The notes: generated from the letters alone by a model not told the origin. A DNA stretch of 64,000 bases from Euglena gracilis (GCA_039621445.1 CP154954.1:34383737-34447736); one strand, 5' to 3'. Counted from the stretch's first letter, positions 49,271 through 62,513 are shown. Made by a program: numbers and translations.

Positions 49271-50893
49271 GGGGGTTGGCGGGCGGGCGGGCAGGCGGGC
49301 GGGGCGGGGGGTTGGCGGCCCCGAGCAACAAACAACAAAAGCTAACAACAGCTAAAAATCGACTTAGTCCACAGTCGCAAAGAAAAAATCAGAAAGCCCC
49401 GCACCACGCGTCACGAAAGAACTGACCTCGAAATCTTCAGAAGTCAGATAGATGAGTGGAGAAAGTGCAAAGGAATGGATGGCAGAAATATGGATCAGCG
49501 CGAGCAGATGGCAACATAATTATACCCACTCATGCTCAGACACGGGGAGGCAACCTGACTCGTAAAAAGATCTGCCAGACATTTCAAAGGTCAAAATGCG
49601 TTCAACTGGGGGGTATTCAGATATGACAACGCTATTCACCAGAGGCTTTTAAATTTAATCTTCCAATGCACACACAGATGACCTTGATAAAAAGATGGGT
49701 AGGGATCAGAGTTTGCACACGGCACTGTTTGGAGGAGCAGAACCTTGGTGGGCCTGCCACTTACACGTGGGGGCACCGCCTGAACTGGTTCACCGCCTTC
49801 TGGAGGCCTCTGTCCTTGGTTTCACCTTGGCACTTTAGAGTTTTGTCACTCTGGTGGGCACTGGGCATTTCGGGGGGGGGGGAGGCCGCCCCCTGCCACC
49901 CCCTGGGCAGCCGCGGCCGGCGGGCCGGGGGGCCGACCGTCGCTGCCGCCTTCCTCTTCACCCCCTTGCCCTTGCCCTTGCCCTTCCCCTTGCCCTGGCC
50001 CTTGCGGGGGACGGGGGGGTTCGGGGGAGGCGGGCCCCGGGGCCCCCCTTTTACGCCCCCCACCGTCACGGGGGGGGGGGGGGGGGGGGCGGGGTGCTCG
50101 GTGCCAATGGCCGGTGGTTTGTTGGGAGGCATTGGTGGGGCCGAAGGGGCGGCAGGAAACGTCCCCCTCCCCCTCCATGGACCGGGGGCCAACGTGTTGG
50201 GGGGGGGGGTCTGTGGCAGCCGCGCCAACGCCAGCGCAGGGGGCGCAACGGGGGAAAGGGTCGCCCCGCACGCCTTCCCACGCAGTTGTCCAGCCGAGGA
50301 CACACACTTGCTTGCCGGCCCTCGAGTCTGGGTTCACAATCCATTTTCAGAAAACAAGTGAGTCAAAGGGCCAAAATAATCACCCAAGCATCGTGTTCAC
50401 ATAGAAACTGTTCACGAATAAATCGGAACGTGCAATTTACTTAAGAGATCATCTGGTGAGAAAAATTTAGTAAACTTTTGCAAACTATAAAATAAATAAA
50501 TATAAATAAAACCCCCAACTCTCGCCTGTGCAAAACTGACACTCAGTTAATACCCTGTCCTCCCCCCGCCAAGACTTTGCACGTGTTGCAGCCAAGTGTC
50601 ACAAAGGGCAGACCAGGGGTTGCACTGCTGAATGCACCGTTGCTTTTTGTTGATTTTTCAAAAAAAATTGACCCAAAATTTCTGCTCCCCGCAAAGAAAC
50701 TTTGCGAGGCAGGAGGAAATCGAAAACTTATTTAGGGAGGAGCTGCATCATTTTTTGGGCCCCTCTCCCGCTTCGGGTTTTCCTGGACTACAAAAAAATA
50801 CAGGAGTTAACCCCCCCCCAAAAGAATCCGGGCCGGGCTGGGCCGGACGAAAAAAATGACACCCTGATGGGGTAATATTGCAAACCAATATTA

Positions 50894-51275
50894 CCTCCCC
50901 CCCCCCTTGTCTAAGCACCGGAAAGATGGGTAAGAACCGGGGGGGGGGGGTGCTTATTTTGCCATAATATGGGTAAGAACGAAGGGGGTGGTGCTTTGAA
51001 AAGGGGGAAAAATTTGACTGAAAAAAAAAAATATGGCGCTTCGCGCCGAAAAGCCAAGATCTCATTATTTTGGAGGTCCACTGTTGAACTCACACATTTG
51101 GATGCAGAAATCAACAATACCTCACCAAATCAGGTCTCAGAAGTTGCAGAAATTTCGAACTTTTTGAGAAATTTCCCTTAAAAATGCACACAAAATAAAC
51201 ATCCCCGTGACGATGACCTTTAAAAAGATGGGTAAGAACCGGGGGGGTGGTGCTTAGACAAGGGGGGGGGGGAGG
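50894..51275. mobile_element. MITE with TA target duplication
   Basis: TA|CCTCCCCCCCCCCTTGTCTAAGCACC ... GGTGCTTAGACAAGGGGGGGGGGGAGG|TA; internal ATGGGTAAGAAC occurs three times. Confidence 0.88.
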
Positions 51276-51426
51276 TACAATGCTTGCCGAAAAGAATTTT
51301 CTCCACAGTGCCAAATTCTCAACAAATATACTTTTCTTCAAGAATGACTTCAGCCACGCAAACAATAAATCCCAGCAACGTCAAAGAAACTATGCACTTC
51401 TCCCAAACTCAAGGGCAAGCAGGGGC

Positions 51427-51528
51427 CTGGCTCTGGCACAGGTCCAGCATGAACACCTGCTGCTCCGGGTTGCCCAGCACCCGGACCAACCCCAGGCCGG
51501 GGGAGTAGCAAGTCCGGGCCGCCGCCCC
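51427..51528 (-). CDS. candidate exon GAAARTCYSPGLGLVRVLGNPEQQVFMLDLCQSQ, unknown gene
   Basis: Strong GC3 bias; preceded by CCCTG-TCGGT|G, the same 3' geometry as the nonconventional intron. Confidence 0.45.
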
Positions 51529-53959
51529 ACCGACAGGGAGACCCCAGCACCCGACGGTTCAACGTTTGCCTCCAGGACGAGAAAGGCGGTGCTAAACCTG
51601 TTGATGCAACGGCATCACCGCGAGGCGAGCTGGTTTCAAGAATATCCTGTTGGGTCCCGGCGTTTTGAAGCAGGCCCCAATTGTGCACCAAGGCTGGGTC
51701 ACGCCCCGTTTCTGGAGTCAAATTAAAAAAAAAAAACGACGGACTGCAAAACACCAAAAAAATTCAACAAACGTGTACTTTGCTCACAGTCACTACCCTA
51801 CCCTGCCGACTAACCAAGTTAATTCAGCATCACAGGCATATGCAGTATCCTGATCTCGGTATATACACTGTCCTCCCTTCTTTCTTTAGCTGTGCATACG
51901 AAGGTGACTTAGCAGTACGCCAAAAAGCAAACATCGTCCAACAGACTGCGTACAATCCGCACTGATGAACCCGACTGCCTGCGTGATCACAGTCACTACC
52001 CACACGTGTGGTTTCATATGAAGCGGAATCCCGCTGCCTCCAGTAAAAGCAAAAAAGTAGGCTGACACTGGTAGGGAACCACAGGCCGTATATGGAGGAG
52101 GTGGGCAGTCCCCGCCACTTACGGCCTTTGCTGGCCATTGCCAGCGGCAGCCCACAGAGGACGTTCAGTTAAAGCAGCTGAATATGTGTGGTTCGGACTG
52201 TGTAATACTTTGTGGTCACATCACTCGGTATGAACAAATATAATCGCGATTCAAGTCGTAGGTGAAGCGGTTTTCCGCTTCATTCTATACTGTCTGGCAT
52301 ATAAAAGTGTCTTTCGCCATACCTTTAGTGGTAAAAACTCCACCAAGGTCATGTTTGCAGAGGACTTCTCATGGACTCGATGAACTCAGCGCAAATGTCG
52401 TACCGAAGGCTGAGATACGTGCACGATGAGTTGCAGTGGACCAATCTTGGCTTCGGTCCACCACTGTAACCGCGTTCTTCAATCTGGATGCTAACATTGC
52501 GATTGTTGTTCTGTTCAAGGTACATGCAACCGGTAAACAGTTATGCAGCTTGCGAGTGACATTAAGCATATTGGACACCTTATTAAAAGGTAGCGGAAAC
52601 CCGCCTCCTGTTCATTCTGCCACTGTATTTTGTCTGGATTGTAAGCATTGGAATTCAGTACGCGATGTTGTTAACCGTTTAACGCTTAACAGAACCACAA
52701 AATGCATTATGCAACCTTCAATGTAACGTACGTAACGTTTATGTACTGAGATGAATGGGGAGCCTGGACTGTACGATCACCTGCCCGGTCCAGCAAAAGC
52801 CGTAACCGAACCCCTGACGGCTGGGCACCGTTCAGGGGTGCGGGGAAGGAAATGAATTGGACCAGGTCCAGCCTCTCCTCTTTCTGTGAAATTGTGTCAA
52901 ATACGTACAAAGCAAGCGGAAAACCACTTGCTTTGTCTTGAAGACCTGGTTTTCATGGACCTACGCATGTGTCCCGCGTACAACTCAACCGCCCAACGGC
53001 CAATTGTACCATGCACCTGAAATGTTAGTTCTGCATTTAGTCTAGACCTGGAACCACTCTGTTTTCGGCAGTGCAAGGCGGGGAGCCACGGGGCTGCCGG
53101 GTGCCTGCTTCCACCGCTTGCGGCCCCGGCAGTCCACAGGAACAACCGACAGCGACGGTGGCTAACGTCGGTGTCAGGTAGAGTGTATCACAGAGATAGA
53201 ACGTGGTCTCTCCTCCTTTTTATCCTGTAAAGCATAAATTGTTCCTGTATTCCCGTCTGTTCTGTTTCAGTTGCGCTTTATGCAATATCACGACTATGTT
53301 TATCTGTGAAGCGGTATTCCGCTTCACTTTATTTTCGTTGTTACGCTTATGCGTCGGGTGTACACATGTATCTGTTATGCATATACTCGCATTATGTATC
53401 TGTCTGTGTGTCAGACAGATGTTGCCGTTCGTTGTTTGTCCATAATAATAATTTTTCTACAACATTTGGTTGTTTCGTATTTCCATCGGGATCTGCTAAA
53501 AATAAATTTCAGAAATCATCGAAGCGGTTTTCCGCTTCATGTGTTTTGTCATCAATATCACCGAAAAAATTTGCACTTCATGCGCAACTTGAAAATTTTC
53601 ACTGTTTTTCAGAGCATTTTTCGGGCATTCCAGGTGGTACTTCAGTCAAATTTTTCACGGGCAATTTATGCCTCCTAAGCTTTGGGCATAAAAAATGTAC
53701 AAAATGAAATCAGCATAAACCTCAAACCAATAACCCTTGAATTTGGGGAGGGTACCATTTTGATACAACTGTGTGCAAAATAGACATTTTTTTTAGTATA
53801 CCAAATCCTTCAAATTAAACAACATATCCAAACATAACAGACTTTCCTTTTTTTTTTGAGAAATGGCAGAAGCCCCCCCCCTCGGGTTTTCCGCAGACTG
53901 ACCGAATAGTAGCCCTGGGGGGCTTCTAATTGGGGGGGGGGGATACGAAAGGCCTACTC

Positions 53960-54185
53960 TTGGGGTAGGGCTAGGTTTTTGGTTAATTGAAAACAATAGG
54001 GTTAGGGTGAGGTTTTGGGAATAGAGTTAGGGTTAGGGTTTAGGCCTTTGGCCTAAATTTCAGCTAAATTCGGCCTAATTCAGGCCTAAATATAAGCCTG
54101 ATTTCGGCCCAAGTCCCTAACTTTGGCCTAACCCTAACCATAATCCCTTTCTTAACAACAACTGTAACCCTAACCCTGCCCCTAA
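53960..54185. repeat. degenerate telomere-like TTAGGG repeats followed by inverted CCCTAA repeats
   Basis: TAGGGTTAGGG...GTTAGGGTTAGGGTTTAGG, then CCTAACCCTAACC...TAACCCTAACCC. Confidence 0.75.
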
Positions 54186-55659
54186 AAATAACGAACACCA
54201 CCAAAACGTGTCGTCGAAGCCCCCTTCAGCTTGTGTTCAAGAATGTGGACCTCCCCCCGTTTAACTACTGGACCCCCAGGGGGGGGGGCAGTAGTTAAAG
54301 GCTGCCATTTGAAAATCCAATCGGTGGCTGGGTGTCCCAGATTCAAAAAGTGTGGAAACAGAGTCAAAAAGAGTGCGATTTCAAATAGCCTGGAAACGGC
54401 CCTGCTTTCATCACAAACAGGAAACTAATCGTACACATAACCATGGAAAAAATGTGCTCGTGTTCATGACCACCAAACCATTCCGATCTAAAGGTATGAA
54501 ACACATGTGGGCTGATACGAGTGGGTCAAGTGTTTTATCTCCAAGATGTTGCTGTGTTAAAGAACTCCACAACCACAAGAAAAACTAAAATCTTACCAAA
54601 ATTTTTGGCATCATAGCAAGAAGCGTTTCATATTTTCAACTGTATTTATGAGATCCGAATCCGAGAATTCCTAAACAAAATACCGCTTTGCTCCGCCGCG
54701 GAAGGTTATTCGGGTTTTTATAAAAGCATTCTGATGTGCCTGAGAATTTCAGTGTCACAATTCGCTGGATCCCCTCCCCTAAGCGCCCAGAATTGTCACC
54801 GACACCCTCCAAGGTTGTGAGGCGGTGCAAGCCATGCCACACCTTTCTGACTGTGGTCGGTGACAAGCCCATCAGGCCAAACTTAGGCCGCCCAATGAAA
54901 ATTTGACTGGGCAAAGATCCCGAAAGCAGCACCAAAAACCCCGCAAAATTTTTTCAAAGTTTTGGATGTCAGAGTTGACTTAAAAATTAAATTGGCTGCT
55001 GTTGTTGGCATCGCTGTGTTGTGGCAGGCAAGCACCTTCCCCCTTGCATCCCCCATCATTGCAAGAAAGCGGCTCAAATGAAACCTTGATGACTGAGGCT
55101 GGATCAGGTTTTTTTTTAAGACCGGGGGGGGGTCCCCCCCCACCCACCCACCCGCTGGGGGCCCTGGGACCCCCCCCGGGGGGTATTTTCGACACTGCCA
55201 AACGTGAATGCGGCAAAGCAAACACGCCATTCAGAAATATGATCGAAATATGTTACAACAATGGTCTGTGCAAGTCGGAAGGAGGGGTAACAGCGGTCAA
55301 TCGGACTCTGCCCACGACGTGGTGGAATCCGAAGACACAGAGGAGTCGGATGCATCCGACGAACTCACCACACGTTGAGACAAAGGGGATGACTGCGAAG
55401 CGGAGGAACCAGGTCCCCTGGTTCTCCGCTTCTTATGCTTCCCCCCCTTGTCTGAACGAGGGTAGCGAAAAGGCGCACGGCGCTTTGCCAAAACAAGAGA
55501 GACTTGCAAATGCATGATTTAAGAAGTTGAATTTGGTTCTTTCGTGACACTTTCACTTGTTTATTGACCCATGTCCATTCTTTGAAACATGCGAAACGAT
55601 ATGAGCACATTCACATGGAAAAAAAATACCAAAAAAGGGCCAATGGTTTTGCAAATCTC

Positions 55660-56760
55660 TAAAAGCGGCCATGTGGGAAACAATGGGTGAGGGGTCGAAC
55701 TGCTCCTAAGGTGGAGAGTCCAAAGCTACGATTAGGGTTTGAGACACAACAGATGGATCCAAACGCAATCATTGGGGGGATAGGAGAGTGGAGAGGCGGG
55801 AAAACGCTTGCTCGACCACCGCATTGCTGGGTGTCAGAGCTAACGCCATCCGCAATATGATGTGAAGGTTTGGAAACACATCTTTCTGCTGAATGATGCG
55901 TTTCCAAAATGTGTGTGAATTGGTAGGTGACCAAAGGGTTTGGTCGTCCGGCATGACGCTCAACGGCAGTGTGCACCAGGCGCATGTTCTCGTGGAAGTG
56001 CGCATGGCCACAGGATGGATGTATTTCCCCTTGGAATTTCATCCATTCTGTTTAAGGCTCTAGGCGCTTGGCCATGGCGATGACCATGCGACACTCGGTG
56101 GTACTCCAGTCCTCCTCCTTCGGCACCTCCACCACGGGCTGCATGTTGAAGCCCCAATCTCCAGCAGGCACACGATCCGCCTTCGCCTCGTTCACCAAGA
56201 AATGCGCGTCCGTCGGCGTGCAGTTGTCAGACTGCAGGGGGCATGCCAATGGCATGCCCCCCTGGTTTCGAATGCGCTTGGCATGTCCTTGTAGAACATT
56301 CTGAAAGTTCAGCTTGCGCTCCTCCTCCGTGAACACAATCAGCTTGCGGACGGCGTTCATCACTTCGGCATCATGGCTTCCGTCACAATGGACGAAAACC
56401 ATGGGTATTGAACTCCGGCTTCTTTTTGTACACAGGGCGCTGCTGTGTCGAAGAGGCAGCAGCAACTTGGAGGACAGGGGCAGCGACTGGTGGAACAGGG
56501 GCAGCGACTGGTGGAACAGGGGCAGCATCAGCAGGTTTGGCTTCGCCGCCGCCGAAGCACTCCTCGAGGCGCGGCTGCAGGCGAAGCGCCCACATCGCAG
56601 CCCGGTGCTCCCCGGACTTCTCGTGCTCGCGCACGGAATTTTTGACAGCAGTTACAATTTTTTTGGAATCACCGTGACCATGGAAAATGCCGATGCTTGC
56701 AATTCTCACAAAGATCAAATCAATGATGATTTCTGTTGAATTAACACAGAAACAAATCAT
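55660..56760 (-). pseudogene. decayed hAT transposase (C-terminal dimerisation domain recognisable)
   Basis: FWKRIIQQKDVFPNLHIILRMALALTPSNAVVEQAFSRLSTLLSPQ*LRL fits the hAT dimerisation consensus (TGA where Arg CGA is expected). Upstream fragments in shifted frames include SVREHEKSGEH. Confidence 0.8.
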
Positions 56761-57478
56761 GTGACAACTGAAATGAGAAATTTATTGACATTCACAAAGC
56801 AGAACACCAGAATCATACATAATGAAATAAAATTGTAACTGTCCAGAATTCTTCAACATGGAACCACAAAAGCACTTGTACATTTTGGCTGTGACAAGAG
56901 GCGCGGCAAAGAAAATTTTCGGCGCCTTCGCCGCCGGTCAAAAAAAAAAAAACTCCGGCACCCATGGCGCCGGGGACCCACCAGCCAAAAAAGGTACCCC
57001 CCTGGGGGGGGTCCGGCCGGACCCCCCCCCCCCCCCCCCCCCCCCCCCCGGGGGTCCACGACTAAAAAAAACCCCTGGGCTGGATGCCACTCCACATATT
57101 CATTTCAGGAAAGGGGTAGCACTCTCTGAACCACCCGCGTCTTCCACAATGCTGCATCCCAGCTCGTTATTGAACCCACAAAAAAACTTCAGACCCATCA
57201 CATTTGGCCAAAAACGTCCCCGATGCCCTCCCTCTCCCATTCAATTGAGGTGCTGCTCCGCAATGTCCGCAATGCCCCACACGGGGCAATGACGGCACTT
57301 GTCAGGAGGGCACAACACATTCCCTTCGTAAGCGCACAGCTGTGGGTGTTCCAGGGATTAAACAAGACGGCTGCAGCACCATCCAGACGGCATTCCGTGT
57401 CCCGCAATATACAACTGGGCCAAATCACAACAACTCGCTGACAACCAAATTTCCCACAATACAATTCTAAACCTCCTC

Positions 57479-58747
57479 CAGGGGGAGAAACTGCACACGG
57501 GCCTGTCAATAACTGCACTGCAAAAAAACTGCAAAAAAAAACTGCAAAAAACTGCAAAAAAAATGCAAAAAAACTGCACTTCAACAAAAAATAACAATAA
57601 ACAAGCTGAAATGGTATGCATATGCAAAAAAACGTAAATTGCTACCACATGAGCACGCCCCAATTCACCTAACTTTTTTTGCACGGCTTTGGAGCCGATG
57701 ACGAAAAAAATGGGAGCAATCAATCAAGGTGCACTGTGCATGGTTTTTCATGCACTGAAATGCAAGTCATGTGTCCAGATGCCGGGTCACACCGGTTTTC
57801 CTGCACCAAAACTTGTGCCGACCATGCCCACAAAGATGCCAAACGGCTGTCTTTCTAAATATGGGGAAAATGCACATTTACCCATACACAGAAATTTTCA
57901 ATACTTTCATTTCTTCCAGGGGATGTTCAGTTTGGAACTTCCGGTCCATCACCTGGTGAAGTTTCCCCATGTCACGATGAAAAAAAATCTACAAAAACCA
58001 CCACAAACTTTGAACATTGTCCTTAGGGGAATGCCAAATGGTCTACAACCTGGGAATTTCTTGCAAATAAGAAAGAACTTCTTGCTCTTTGAAGCATTTG
58101 GCTTATATGACATTTGGCCACAATGCTTGGGGCAAGACCCAATCTTCTTCAGGAGTTCATTTACAGCACCACGAATTTCGAAATCCTCAACTCCAACTGC
58201 AACCAAAATTTGCACAAAAAAACAGTTTTTGTATTTAGTCCCTAGGAATCCCGACATAAATAGTTGAATCTGCTCAGGAGTGCGCAAATGACACTTGCCA
58301 AAATGAGCATCGTCACATCTGTCACCACAGGCTGGAGATGGAGCAATTTTGGTTGGGGAGTAATTGTGGTCTTGTCACCGAAACAATCTGTTGTTTTTTT
58401 TTGGAATGGTGGCTGCACCAATCTGTGTTTTTAAGAGGCAAGGCAGTTGGCAATACAGTTGGGGGCAAAACAATTGGTGGGATAACTGTAGACAACACAA
58501 CTCCTGAGAGATGATGCCTTTTCTTGAGAAACACCCTTCAAAACATATAATCCAGCACCCAAAAAAAAACAGACACGTCAGGTTTCCTCAAAATTGGAAT
58601 AAAAAAAACTGCAAAAAACTGCACGTGTGCAGTTTTTTTCAGAAAAAAAAGCTGCAAAAAAACTGCAAAAAAATTGCAAAAAAAAACCCAAAACGTGAAA
58701 ACGGCAAAAAACTGCAAAAACTGCGCGGTGCATATCCCCCCCCCCTG
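57479..58747. mobile_element. probable hAT-type element related to 47135-47639, with AAAAACTGC repeats and unrelated internal sequence
   Basis: CAGGGGGAGAAACTGCAC ... GTGCATATCCCCCCCCCCTG; flanks share only CTCCTC. Confidence 0.5.
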
Positions 58748-59653
58748 GCTCCTCCCTCCCCCTGCATTCATGTGTCATTTTGCAAGGCCCCATCTGGACC
58801 AGGCTGGGCCAGGTTGGGCATGTTCTACGATTCTCCCAGATGAACGTGCCATCACAGCAGAACCTTAGTGTTTGACCACTCACCACCACCGGAATGTCCA
58901 TGACATACAGGCTATTTTGAATTGCACACATGCCAGATGAAAGCAGTGGGTTCCGACTTCGTCTCCCCCTCCTTCTAGTGCCCCTTCCGACCACTCAGGC
59001 CTTTGAAGTCATTGCCCTGAAAATTTTTATCTTCAGAACGAAGCGTGACTCTGCTTCCTCCTGGCCGCTTTAAGATTTTTTGGGAGTTTCTGTTGCACCT
59101 CCTCCTGCCCCTCATTTCTGCCGATTGACGTCCAAAACGAAGCGGGTTTTGGCAATCTCCGCTTCCCCTTCTCTTCCCATCTTCGCTAAAACCCCCAATT
59201 TTGGTCATTTTGCATTTTGGCGACTCGGCAATGAAAGGAACTGGGCAATAACGAAAAGTTGTTTTCCCTTTGCCTGAAAATTTTGTGTACTTTTCGCCGT
59301 CGACTTCCACTGAAAGCATGCCCCTTTTTTGCTCATTTGGACCTCTTGTAGAAAGCCATTACTCCAAACCAAAACGGACTGTTCCAAAAAAGGTTAAAAA
59401 TTTTTGGGGGTCAAACGAAGCGGATTTCCACTTCCTTCTCCGCTTCAAACCTTCAAAAACTTTTGGGCAACTTACGCCGCCCAAGCCAAACCTCCAGGGT
59501 TTGCCTTTTTTTATTCTTCCTCAGCTATTTAAGGTAATTAAGCTAATTAAGCTAATTTGCAGTTGCGGTCGGTCGCCAACACACAGCAGGCGGGGTGGTG
59601 GAGCCCAGCCCGCAGCCCAGTGAACAGCAGCCGAGGCGGCGGCCCGCGGGGAC

Positions 59654-59780
59654 GGCCCCCTTCAGGCCCTTCCGCTTCCACACCCAGTCTCCACCGGGGA
59701 CCTGCTGCAGCGTGCCGAGGTGCTCCTCCGGGAAGCACCCGTCGAGGTGGGCCATGAGGGCCTCCACCGGCCCCGTGAAC
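59654..59780 (-). CDS. exon of unknown gene: FTGPVEALMAHLDGCFPEEHLGTLQQ(VPGGDWVWKRKGLKGA)
   Basis: Pyrimidine tract and GCAG| acceptor, phase matches the 61512 donor, high GC3. The donor is either after 59702 or after 59654. Confidence 0.6.
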
Positions 59781-60307
59781 CTGCGGCACGGGAGGACGAT
59801 GGGCGAGGGAGGGGGACGGTTGGGGAGGAGGGCTGGGCTTGGGGTGGGGCCCGTGAATGAAATGCGGGGGGGGGGTGAGGCCACTGGGGGAAGGAGGTGG
59901 GAGGAGGACTGGGGGGTGTGGGTAAACTTTCCACTTTTCTCAACGATTGATGACACTAGGCGATTTGCAGCATTCTTTTTTTGGAAATTTAGCACCACGA
60001 CCTTGCTAGCTTGAACAGAAAGCGCGCAAAAAAAGCATTTTCATTGGTCGGCAGGAGATGGTCGGTATGAATGTGTAAATATGGAGAGTGGGGAGCAGCC
60101 CCAAAATCCATAGGTGTCAGTTTTGGTGTGCACGACGGGGGAGGCACACATCAAGTGGGAGTAAAACCACCCAAAATAATGTCCCTGAGGGTCGGACTTC
60201 GACCGAGGAGTAAATATCCCCCTGCCAAGGACTTCGCACGTGTTGCCGGTAGGCAATATTCTTTTTAAGGGCCTTAAAAAACCTTACAAGAACTTTAAAA
60301 ATTGGTA

Positions 60308-60792
60308 CCCGCCCCCCCCCCCCCCCCGGGCAATTGTCGCGTGACAAATCGGGCAGCACGGAGGGGGGTGACAACTTCCCGGGGTGACAATTTGGCCGGC
60401 ACAGAGGGGGGTGACAATTGCCCGGGGGCGTCAATTGCCCGGGGGCGTCAATTGCCCACCCATGTAGGCCACGTTAAATTCAAATGACCAAGAACACCAT
60501 CTGAAACACCAGTGAACACGCAAAAATGCAGCTATGGTTGTGATATTGTGCAGAGCATTTGGTATGTGACATTTCTCAGCAGGTTGTAGCGAAATATAAG
60601 ATCAATCGAGCCGTGTCGGCGAAAAGAAAGTTCGCAAACATCTTCTGTGGGGAGGGGTGACAAATTGGGCAGCACGGAGGGGGGGGGTGACAATTTCCCG
60701 GGGTGACAAATTGGCCGGCACAGCCAGGGGTGACAATTGCCTGGGGGCGTCAATTGCCCGGGGGCGTCAATTGCCCGGGGGGGGGGGGCGGG
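60308..60792. mobile_element. MITE with TA target duplication and GGGTGACAA / CAATTGCCC repeats
   Basis: TA|CCCGCCCC...CCGGGCAATTG ... CAATTGCCCGGG...GGGCGGG|TA. Confidence 0.8.
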
Positions 60793-61511
60793 TACCGGAA
60801 AATATTTTTCGAATTTTGAGCAAAAAAAGAAATCACAAAATTTCGGCAAAAACAAATCAACTTCGCGATAAAAATTTTTCTGGCATCGCTGGAAAATTCT
60901 CTCTCCACCCAAAACTTAAAACTTAAAAAAAAAATGTGTTTGATTTTCAACCTGGACAGACGTTGGTGCGATGCCTGGATGGCTCTTTGACAGCCTGTGA
61001 AAAAAATGGACGCCTTAAAAATTCTTAAAATTTTGAAAATGCCTGAAAAACCTTAAAAAACCTTTTAAAAACGCCTTAAAAAACCTTTAGTAAAGTTGTG
61101 CCTGGTTGCTGCCAAGGGTCGCAAAGACCCGTGCAGTTCTTTCCCTCCCCAGTATTCCCGCTGTTTGAGAGACAATCTCTCTTGAGCAAATGCACAAGAG
61201 GTGTCCAAGCATTTTCCCTCGCCATAGTTGTTTTGGGCCCTTGTCCTACCTCGGATTTTTTGGACTTCAAAAAATTCAGGAGTTAATAACCCCCCCAAAT
61301 ACCCCCCCCCTGGGCCGGAAAATAATACCCGGGGGTATTATTTATTATTTTGGGAGGGGGATTCAGATTGTGGGACACTGATTTGAAAAGGCATCTGCAA
61401 ACCACCGCATTGGGTGGGACAAGGCCAGGAGGCGTTGGAGAGCCATCTCATTTGCAGTGTTCTGCCCGAGACCCCAGCCCCCGCCCCGAGGTGGCCGGGG
61501 GGAGGGCAGGC

Positions 61512-61628
61512 CTGCGGCACAGCCGGCGCTCTGCGTCCTCCGCCGTCTCCGGGGCGGCGGCCTGCGCGGCCCGCTTGGCGCGGCGGCGGACGCTGCTGTG
61601 GGCGGTCGGCCGGCGCCGCGCCCGCCAG
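61512..61628 (-). CDS. exon of unknown gene: WRARRRPTAHSSVRRRAKRAAQAAAPETAEDAERRLCR
   Basis: GCCAG| acceptor, high GC3, apparent GC donor, phases compatible with both neighbours. Confidence 0.5.
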
Positions 61629-62057
61629 CTGGCGTGGGGGATGGGAGGGGCCAGACCCTACCCCGGCTGGGGGCCGGGGGGGGGGGAGAGGTGATGGCCC
61701 GAGGGGGTGGGGTGAGTTTTTTTTTTGAGTTCGAAAATCGGAATGGCAACGTTGGATTTGGGTTGGTGGCCGACGATAAAACGGAGGAGATGGGTTGGCG
61801 GCAACCGTTTCAGTGAAGAGACAGATGGCCAGAGATGGGGGAAGATGGCCACAGATGGGATTCTGTCGGTTTCGAAAGACATGTTATGACTAAAATTTCA
61901 CAATGCTGATCAACGTCATTTTGTCCCATTTGAGTCTGGCAGGGTTGCACCTTCGAGTTAAGGTCTGGGTGTGATCCACGGCGTTGGGGGCGGGGTGGCC
62001 AAGGATTTGTCTCAGAGCAAAGCTGTGGGCACTGTGTGTGCCTATATGTTCGTGTGC

Positions 62058-62110
62058 TGTGTTGTGTTGTGTTGTGTTGTGTTGTGTTGTGTTGTGTTGT
62101 GTTTGTGTTG
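62058..62110. repeat. (GTGTT)n microsatellite grading into (GT)n
   Basis: Directly visible. Confidence 0.95.
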
Positions 62111-62386
62111 CGTTGTGCTGCGTTGTTCTGTGTGTGTGTGTGTTTCTGTTTGTACGTTGTGTGTATGTGTGCACACGTGTGCGTGCGTGCGAGGGTGTAT
62201 GCACGGACAGGGTGTCACCAGAAATTGATTGCAGTGATGCCACCACAAACCTGGGCAAAACAGTGGTGACCAAGTTGGAAGTAGACCTATCCCAACCTCA
62301 GCAACGGTCGGCTGCAAAGAGGGAACATGGCCGTCCCGGGCAGGGGGACCTCCGGGCTGCGGCGAACACTGCCCAGCCGGACCCAC

Positions 62387-62513
62387 TCCGCCTCCGGGAG
62401 CTCCCACGGCTGGGCCGCCTGGCGCATCACCGGCAGGCTGGCGGGCCACTGCGGGTGCACGCCGAAGTCGAACACCCCCACGGGCACGATGGGCCGGGGG
62501 CAGGGGCGGCGCA
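62387..62513 (-). CDS. exon of unknown gene: ...RPIVPVGVFDFGVHPQWPASLPVMRQAAQPWELPEA
   Basis: ACAG| acceptor, |GTGGGT donor in phase 2, high GC3. Needs +1 C in a C-run to join the previous exon. Confidence 0.5.

Noticed and set aside
51780-53050. Degenerate non-LTR retrotransposon fragment
   Set aside because: Only a vague YPDLGI resemblance to an RT motif, with many stops; not supportable without a profile search.
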